From a virus: a DNA stretch of 43,282 nt. Under the pieces are notes generated by a model. It was not told the origin of the DNA. It saw nothing but the letters and a program-made list of their open reading frames with translations, and ran no database searches. Each line of letters starts with the position of its first letter. Position 1 is the first letter of the stretch. The translations under genes were made by a program, and so were the position numbers. This document shows, piece by piece, positions 16,961 to 22,026 of the stretch. Where the stretch lies: IMG/VR virus record IMGVR_UViG_3300003690_000021, positions 1 to 43,282 of that record. One strand, written 5' to 3'.

Positions 16961-17006
16961 TCCTGACACCTCGGCCTGTAGGGTGAGTGCGTGACCGTCC
17001 TCGGCT

Positions 17007-17231
17007 CTACCTTCGGTGGCGGACAGAGTCTTGTTCCTCTTCGCAGTCTTCAATCGTGACGGTCGAGGAGTCGCCTATGTAGGTGCAGCTGTCGTCAATC
17101 CAGTCCGACGCTCGGCCATCGGCCTTATCTACTACTTCCCTGGCCTTCTTGACGGCTTCCTCGTCGGACTCGGCGGTGACGTCGAAGCAAATTGAAGCGT
17201 CTACAGCCATGCGGTAACGCCTGTCAGTCAT
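17007..17231 (-). CDS. Hypothetical acidic protein
   Basis: Start at MTDRRYRMAV, preceded by a (CCA)n tract and then CAGGAGG. The 5' extension to 17393 is rejected. Confidence 0.5.
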   Translation of the reverse strand: MTDRRYRMAVDASICFDVTAESDEEAVKKAREVVDKADGRASDWIDDSCTYIGDSSTVTIEDCEEEQDSVRHRR

Positions 17232-17481
17232 GCTGGTCCTCCTGGGTGGTGGTGGTGGTGGTGTGGCTTCCGTTTCCAATAGCGCGGAACCTATCGGCTG
17301 GGCCGGACCGCAAGCCGCGCACCTTGTCCATCTCGACGCGCACCCGATCCGCTGGAGTGGGAACGATGGTACGGACCGTGCCGTACCTTGCACCCATTGC
17401 CCAGAGATCGGTGCCTGGGTGGATCTCCACCCGGTCGCCTACCGTGTAAGCCGTTCCATCGTATCCGATTGCATTGTCCAT
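17224..17481 (-). CDS. Hypothetical small beta-rich (SH3/KOW-like) protein
   Basis: 85 aa, with YTVGDRVEIHPGTDLWAMGARYGTVRTI. The C-terminal Thr run is encoded by the next gene's (CCA)n leader. Confidence 0.5.
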   Translation of the reverse strand: MDNAIGYDGTAYTVGDRVEIHPGTDLWAMGARYGTVRTIVPTPADRVRVEMDKVRGLRSGPADRFRAIGNGSHTTTTTTQEDQHD

Positions 17482-17540
17482 AGGGTCTCCAGTGGTGGTG
17501 GTGGGCGCCGTCGCCCCCTGCTGGGGTGGTGCAAGGACCG

Positions 17541-17559
17541 GGCAGGAATCGAACCTGCC
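17541..17559 (-). terminator. Intergenic hairpin whose loop and closing pairs mimic a tRNA T-arm
   Basis: The minus strand reads GGCAGG-TTCGATT-CCTGCC. With one bulge the stem extends to about 11 bp. It lies in the 99-bp gap between two genes. Confidence 0.4.
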
Positions 17560-17580
17560 GCGGCCGGTTAAACGGTTAGG

Positions 17581-17784
17581 TTATTCTGGCTCGGCCACTT
17601 CCCAAATCTGCGAAACGGAAATCGCGCGCAGCTCGCAACCGGGTCGCGAGACAGGCTCAAACTCTGTGTCTTTAGTGTATGGCCCTGCCGCGATCATGGA
17701 CCCGTTCGGCCACAGTGTGAGGTGGAGAATCTCTTCGGCGTTGCTCCAAGAGGGGCCGCGCCTGGTTTCCTTTGGGTCTATCAT
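17581..17784 (-). CDS. Hypothetical protein
   Basis: 67 aa, preceded by CCACCACCGAGGAGG. Confidence 0.5.
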   Translation of the reverse strand: MIDPKETRRGPSWSNAEEILHLTLWPNGSMIAAGPYTKDTEFEPVSRPGCELRAISVSQIWEVAEPE

Positions 17785-17811
17785 GCTTCCTCCTCGGTGG
17801 TGGTCATGGGG

Positions 17812-18009
17812 TTATTTCCAGGGGGTGGGCGAAGGGGCGACGGGGCGGATAGTGTAGAGCCCTGAACTCTCGATAGCGTGCAGCATCCAACGGGGGAGCG
17901 TCTTCGTTCCCGCCACTTCGCAGAAGAGGCGCGACACGTCGCAAGCGGGGTAATTCTTCGTTTGCCCGTATACGCTCTTTTGCATGATGTCCATGGGCTT
18001 GGGCTCCAT
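17812..18009 (-). CDS. Hypothetical protein
   Basis: 65 aa, with a promoter and a (CCA)n-GAGGGAG leader directly upstream. Confidence 0.5.
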   Translation of the reverse strand: MEPKPMDIMQKSVYGQTKNYPACDVSRLFCEVAGTKTLPRWMLHAIESSGLYTIRPVAPSPTPWK

Positions 18010-18050
18010 AATGATCTCCCTCGGTGGTGGTGGTGTGGTGTTGGTATTAC

Positions 18051-18079
18051 AGTATAACCGCTACGGTTAGTCGTGTCAA
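18051..18079 (-). promoter_or_regulatory. Sigma70-type promoter with spacer palindrome TAACC-N5-GGTTA
   Basis: The minus strand reads TTGACA-17 nt-TATACT, with the palindrome at 18055-18069. It is part of a 40-bp exact repeat (18041-18080 = 19362-19401). Confidence 0.65.
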
Positions 18080-18097
18080 GGGTGCCGTCAAGTACAG

Positions 18098-18376
18098 TCA
18101 CAACTCCGGCGGTTGCCGGAACCCAGCCGATGTCGCGGACGCTTGTAGTTGCTGATAGAGGCATCGCTTGCAGGTGCTTGAGTGGTCTGCATAACTGCCT
18201 TCCTCTCTGTTGAAGAGAACTTGTGGGGTGAGCGGTACCGTCAGCCCGCATAGCGTTTTCGACGGGCCGAGGCCTCTCAAGTCTGTACTTTTCACCCAGT
18301 GGCCCTTCGTCCACTTGCAAGGCTCCAGCGTCCACGCGACTAGTGTGTGAGTTATGTTGATCTGGTCCTTGGTCAT
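18098..18376 (-). CDS. Hypothetical Cys-containing protein (possible zinc binding)
   Basis: 92 aa with C...C...CKRC. Preceded by a hairpin, (CCA)n and GAGGAGG. Confidence 0.5.
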   Translation of the reverse strand: MTKDQINITHTLVAWTLEPCKWTKGHWVKSTDLRGLGPSKTLCGLTVPLTPQVLFNREEGSYADHSSTCKRCLYQQLQASATSAGFRQPPEL

Positions 18377-18416
18377 CGGTGCCTCCTCGGTGTGGGTGGT
18401 GGTGGTGGAGCAGTGA

Positions 18417-18440
18417 CCGGCCGGGCTCTACCCCGGCCGG
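18417..18440 (-). terminator. GC-rich intergenic hairpin (9-bp stem) downstream of the ArdC-like gene
   Basis: ccggccggg-ctctac-cccggccgg. No U-tract follows. Confidence 0.4.
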
Positions 18441-18454
18441 CCTGCTCGTCAGGA

Positions 18455-19336
18455 TTAGGCTGCAACCTTGGCCTCCTCCTGCGGCCCGTTGATGAGATCG
18501 GCGGCCTTCTGTGCTTGGCTCGACGCGCTGAAAATGAAGTTGTTGTCGCTCTCCAGGGCTCGGATCCAGTTGGCGATATATCCCTCGTGCTGGAGTGCGC
18601 CGGAAATGCGGTGCTCGCCGCAGAGAAACGCGGCCGCCAGCTCCGCTATCAGCTCTTCGCGGGCGTAAATCTTGTCGCCGAAATTCTTGCCCTTCTCGCG
18701 GTTCAGGCGCTTTTTTGCGCCGGTCCAGTGGGCCAGCTCGTGAAAGGTGGTGGAGTAGAAGCTTTCGACGTTGTGGAAACTGCTGAGGGAAGGCACCTGG
18801 ATTCGGTCGTACGAGCGGTCGTAGAAGGCACGGTCGCCGCCGTAGTTGATCTCCGCCCCGGTCGCCGCGATGGTGGCCTCAGCGTGGGCGTGGCGCTCGT
18901 GATCAGGGACCTCAACGACCTCGGGCTCCGGCAGGCCCGTAGTCTGTGCGCGGTTGAAAACGGTGTAGGATTTTAGGAGTGGAAACGCGTCGCACTCTTC
19001 GCCGGCCGCGTCGACCTTAGTGATAAACTTCCAGAATATGACCCGGTGGCCCCATTCTCCCCGCTCGACGTCGTCAGGGCGTGGCAGAACTGATCCGCCC
19101 AAGGCCCTGCATTGTTTGAATGTGACCCACTCACTGGTGGGGTAGCCTTTCTCGGCTTGGATCAAGTTTAGTAGCAGCCTGTTGACGCCACGGTATGCCT
19201 TGCCGGTCGTAATGTTGACCGGTAGCCCGTTGCCTCCAGTCCACGGCTTTACCCACGGCGCCACGCCAGCCTTGAGAGCGGTCAGGATCTTGTCGGTGAT
19301 TGCGCCGCGGAGGTCGGTCTTTTCGTTCTTCGTCAT
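18455..19336 (-). CDS. ardC: ArdC-like protein: N-terminal ssDNA-binding domain plus HExxH metalloprotease domain
   Basis: APWVKPW...GKAYRGVNRLLL...WVTFKQCRALGGSV matches the ArdC N-domain pattern. FYSTTFHELAHWTG...YAREELIAELAAAFLC matches the C-terminal zincin pattern. Confidence 0.85.
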   Translation of the reverse strand: MTKNEKTDLRGAITDKILTALKAGVAPWVKPWTGGNGLPVNITTGKAYRGVNRLLLNLIQAEKGYPTSEWVTFKQCRALGGSVLPRPDDVERGEWGHRVIFWKFITKVDAAGEECDAFPLLKSYTVFNRAQTTGLPEPEVVEVPDHERHAHAEATIAATGAEINYGGDRAFYDRSYDRIQVPSLSSFHNVESFYSTTFHELAHWTGAKKRLNREKGKNFGDKIYAREELIAELAAAFLCGEHRISGALQHEGYIANWIRALESDNNFIFSASSQAQKAADLINGPQEEAKVAA

Positions 19337-19371
19337 GGTGTCACTCCTGTGGGGTGAGTGGTTGGTATTAC

Positions 19372-19400
19372 AGTATAACCGCTACGGTTAGTCGTGTCAA
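19372..19400 (-). promoter_or_regulatory. Sigma70-type promoter with spacer palindrome TAACC-N5-GGTTA
   Basis: The minus strand reads TTGACA-17 nt-TATACT, with the palindrome at 19376-19390. It lies 36 nt upstream of the ArdC ATG. Confidence 0.65.
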
Positions 19401-19417
19401 GAGTTGTGATCTTACCG

Positions 19418-19606
19418 CTAGTCACGCCCGAGGTTGGCATAAATCGCTTGCGCGTTTTCGGACTCTGGGCCACGAGCAAGCGGGGAGGGCTGAAAGTATG
19501 TCGAGATGCGGCATTGCCGAGCGTAAAGGTCAGAGCCTTGTCCGGTGTGGTTATTGACGCAGAACCAGTAGTGTGCGTCTACGATGTCGAAGCGGTCGTA
19601 GTACAT
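19418..19606 (-). CDS. Hypothetical small protein upstream of ArdC
   Basis: 62 aa (MYYDRFDIVDAHYWFCVNNHTGQGSDLYARQ...). Preceded by a hairpin, (CCA)n and GGAG. Confidence 0.55.
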   Translation of the reverse strand: MYYDRFDIVDAHYWFCVNNHTGQGSDLYARQCRISTYFQPSPLARGPESENAQAIYANLGRD

Positions 19607-19644
19607 TAGAAGTAATCTCCGCGGTGGTGGTGGTGGATCATGGA

Positions 19645-19666
19645 CCGACCGGGAGGCCCCGGCCGG
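19645..19666 (-). terminator. GC-rich intergenic hairpin (9-bp stem with one mismatch)
   Basis: ccgaccggg-aggc-cccggccgg. It shares the CCGGCCGGGG arm with the 18417-18440 hairpin. Confidence 0.35.
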
Positions 19667-19683
19667 CCAGCGAATGTCCGAAC

Positions 19684-20043
19684 CTATGTCCGTGCCTCGG
19701 CCACCCCGTCGTGCCCGACCTCAACAAGCAGGGGATACCGTGGGTCAGCGACTGAAATCTCATCCTCGTGAAGAATTTCTTCTACCGGAAGCGCATCGCG
19801 CCCATCCCAATCTGCATTCTGCTCGGGAGTTCCCAGATACTCCTCCCACATGTCTTGACAAACGCTGTCGTGTGCATGGTCTACGAGATCTACGAAAGGC
19901 GTGTCCAGCCACGCTCGGAAGGGCCTAAACTTCCGCGTGAATTCTTCACCGGATTCTCTTTGAAGTGTGACCGTGCCGGTGACAATTGTTGCCTGGGAGG
20001 AAACGCTCCACCGAACCGCTCGCCGCTTCATTTCGTTATCCAT
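19684..20043 (-). CDS. First leftward early gene: strongly acidic hypothetical protein
   Basis: Start at MDNEMKRR, with a perfect AGGAGG 6 nt upstream. ATG 20070 would fall at the predicted transcription start. By hand count there are about 25 Asp/Glu against 12 Lys/Arg. Confidence 0.55.
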   Translation of the reverse strand: MDNEMKRRAVRWSVSSQATIVTGTVTLQRESGEEFTRKFRPFRAWLDTPFVDLVDHAHDSVCQDMWEEYLGTPEQNADWDGRDALPVEEILHEDEISVADPRYPLLVEVGHDGVAEART

Positions 20044-20076
20044 TCCGTGCCTCCTATCTTGAGTTAACATGAAAGC

Positions 20077-20105
20077 ATACTAACCGTCACGGTTAGGCTT
20101 GTCAA
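20077..20105 (-). promoter_or_regulatory. Sigma70-type early promoter with spacer palindrome TAACC-N5-GGTTA, in the divergent control region
   Basis: The minus strand reads TTGACA-17 nt-TAGTAT, with the palindrome at 20081-20095. Confidence 0.65.
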
Positions 20106-20178
20106 GGGTTTCATTTCATGACCCAAAAAACCCTGCGTAACCCTTGCGATTACTGCGCTACTGTGAGAGATTGTACGG

Positions 20179-20361
20179 ATGAAACCACTCGACTACGCTA
20201 CCAAAAGACGGCGGCTCGGCTCTCAAGTCGAGGTCGCCAAGATGCTGAGAGTTCACGTCAACACAGTCTCCCGCCGCGAGTGCGGCACCCTGCCGATTGA
20301 CGGCGAGGCAGAGCATGCCCTCCGTTTCCTCGCCATGGACGAGCCGAAAGACCCCCGCTAA
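20179..20361 (+). CDS. XRE/Cro-like helix-turn-helix regulator
   Basis: RRRLGSQVEVAKMLRVHVNTVSRRECG fits the HTH_3 pattern. 60 aa. It is the first gene of the rightward arm and is divergent from the early promoter. Confidence 0.7.
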   Translation: MKPLDYATKRRRLGSQVEVAKMLRVHVNTVSRRECGTLPIDGEAEHALRFLAMDEPKDPR

Positions 20362-20626
20362 ATTCCTGGCGAGCGGACGGGGTCGTCGGCCAGCGACTCC
20401 ACCGCAGTATGTCAGGAGTGGAGGCCCTTTGCGTCTCCCCCCGTCGCGCTCACTACTCATCACTCGCAAAGGGAGTGACCGTGACCGTTGTCGTGACCTT
20501 CCCCCGTTGTCCAAGCAGAACCCCACCAATAGCCCTAGAATCCCATGAGAGCCACGAGGATAGCGAGCATGGCCTAGACCATGTCCTCAAGTGCCTCGGC
20601 AGCCACAGAGCGTCTGAGGTGCCTTC

Positions 20627-21406
20627 ATGAGCGCACCTGGCCGGTGGCTGAGGCTCGACGTGACAGCTTTCGATTCAGAGTGGCTCGCGGGGCTCGCTCC
20701 GGAGGCTCAACATGCCTGGACCCGGTTACTCCTGCACGTCAAAGCGGTCGGATCGAGAGGGCAGGCAAAGAGGCTAGGCCCGGTCGCGGTGAAGCGCCTG
20801 TGGGGCATAGCAGCGCCAAGCCTCCAGCGGATGGAGGCCGCAGCAGTCGGTGACGGGGCCTTGCTGATCGATGACGGTATGTGGACCGTCACCGGGTGGG
20901 AGCGCTACCAGAAGCCTGATGGTACTAACCCATTGCGCCAGAAGAGCTTCCGAAGCCGCAGCATAACACCCCATAACGGCGTTATGGTACCTGTACCTGC
21001 CGTTATCCGTCACGCGACAGAGACAGAGACAAAGACAAAGACAAAAAAGAAACTACCCCCCCCAACAGATACCCCCCCCGTCGCTCGGGCCTCGCCCTCG
21101 CTGGACGAGGAGTGGGAAAGGGTGCGAAGTTGCTATCCGAGAAGGCAGGGGGACCAACGGTGGCGTGACGCTCGTCGGAGCTGGGGCCTCCGGATCCGAG
21201 AAGGTGTGCCCCCGGCGGAGCTGTTGGCCGGCGTCGAGAGGTACCGAAAGTTCCTGCAGGTGCAGGACAGGATCGGCAGCGAATTCGTTAAACAGGCGGC
21301 AACTTTTTTTGGGAAAAACGAAGCGTGGCGGGAGGAGTGGGCGGTCGGTAATGGCAACAAACCGGCCGGTAAAATTTACCAGCGTCTGAGGTCCAGCTGT
21401 GACTGA
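20627..21406 (+). CDS. Replisome-organiser-like / replication initiation protein candidate
   Basis: The N-terminus WLRLDVTAFDSEWLAGLAPEAQHAWTRLLLHV resembles phage replisome organiser N-domains. The C-terminus WERVRSCYPRRQG...FVKQAATFFGKNEAWREEW resembles the FW..YP+K.G...W tail common in phage replication proteins. A low-complexity TETETKTKTKKK-PPP linker joins them. Confidence 0.4.
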   Translation: MSAPGRWLRLDVTAFDSEWLAGLAPEAQHAWTRLLLHVKAVGSRGQAKRLGPVAVKRLWGIAAPSLQRMEAAAVGDGALLIDDGMWTVTGWERYQKPDGTNPLRQKSFRSRSITPHNGVMVPVPAVIRHATETETKTKTKKKLPPPTDTPPVARASPSLDEEWERVRSCYPRRQGDQRWRDARRSWGLRIREGVPPAELLAGVERYRKFLQVQDRIGSEFVKQAATFFGKNEAWREEWAVGNGNKPAGKIYQRLRSSCD

Positions 21407-21842
21407 AAGAGACAATGGGAAGGCCGAACCTAAGTCCGATAGCCTTGTCGTCCCGAAGCATGGCCGTGGACGCATCAAGCAGGGCGGCACGCACGCACGT
21501 CCCGGTCGCCCTCCGAACGAGCTGCGCGGCTCGATGCGCGAGATCCTGGAGAAGGGGCTACCGCATCTCGAAGAGTTCGTGACCGGCGAGCGCTCCGTCA
21601 CGGTCGAGTGCCCGGAATGCGGCGAGACCGTGGACGTGAAGGAGACCCAGCCCGCCGATCAGCTCAAGGCTATCGACATTGCAGCCAAGTTCGGGCTACC
21701 CAAGCAGCCATACGATCAGGACTTGATCGATGGGCTGTGGGATGCGACCGAGGCGGCACTGCTGGATGATCTCGCTGTTGTCCAGAGGGTCAAGCGGGCG
21801 TGGATGCCGGTACTTGCTCGTAGGCTGATGGCGGGCGGATGA
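21399..21842 (+). CDS. Putative small terminase subunit
   Basis: It lies immediately upstream of the large terminase. Basic N-terminus, CPECG zinc-ribbon-like motif, and LKAIDIAAKFGL. The call rests mainly on position. Confidence 0.4.
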   Translation: MTERDNGKAEPKSDSLVVPKHGRGRIKQGGTHARPGRPPNELRGSMREILEKGLPHLEEFVTGERSVTVECPECGETVDVKETQPADQLKAIDIAAKFGLPKQPYDQDLIDGLWDATEAALLDDLAVVQRVKRAWMPVLARRLMAGG

Positions 21843-21861
21843 CCCTGATCCGAGGACTGCC

Positions 21862-22026
21862 ATGGGGTCCTGGAGGGTGTGCAGCCTGATTGCTGCCGGG
21901 CTGTTCCTGGCCTTGGTCGTGGACGCGAGCCTGGGGCCATGGGCTGAACGTGCGCGCTTCCGTCATTTCCGGAGGCTTGAACGTGCCGGCAGGTCGAGGG
22001 CGGCGCTTTACGGTAGTGGGATGTGA
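21862..22026 (+). CDS. Small (54 aa) membrane protein candidate, below the ORF-track cut-off
   Basis: Hand translation gives MGSWRVCSLIAAGLFLALVVDASLGPWAERARFRHFRRLERAGRSRAALYGSGM. GAGGA lies upstream. The stop TGA overlaps ATG 22026 of the large terminase. Confidence 0.3.
   Translation: MGSWRVCSLIAAGLFLALVVDASLGPWAERARFRHFRRLERAGRSRAALYGSGM

Noticed and set aside
17527-17563. A tRNA gene, or an attP core carrying a tRNA 3' end.
   Set aside because: Only a T-arm-like hairpin is present. There is no complementary acceptor 5' strand, D-arm or anticodon arm within 100 nt, and the 3' side reads CCGGTCC-T-TGCACCA rather than acceptor-discriminator-CCA. No integrase or excisionase gene exists anywhere in the genome. 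It is kept only as a low-interest structural observation.
17244-19636. GGTGGTGG runs acting as genuine Chi sites.
   Set aside because: All six sit exactly at the -8 to -30 position of start codons of leftward genes, which fits a leader or translation role better. The host and its Chi sequence are unknown. The idea is kept only as an alternative within the leader finding.
20179-20361. A lysogeny switch (CI/Cro plus integrase), that is, a temperate phage.
   Set aside because: There is only one small HTH gene. No second repressor, integrase, excisionase or partition/plasmid-prophage gene was found in any frame, so a lytic early shut-off regulator is the simpler reading.
20409-20630. ORF 20409-20630 (+), 73 aa, which ends in an ATGA overlap with the next gene.
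   Set aside because: It has no SD. Its composition is poor (Ser/Pro/His/Arg-rich) and it shows no third-position bias by eye. The ATGA overlap alone is not sufficient.
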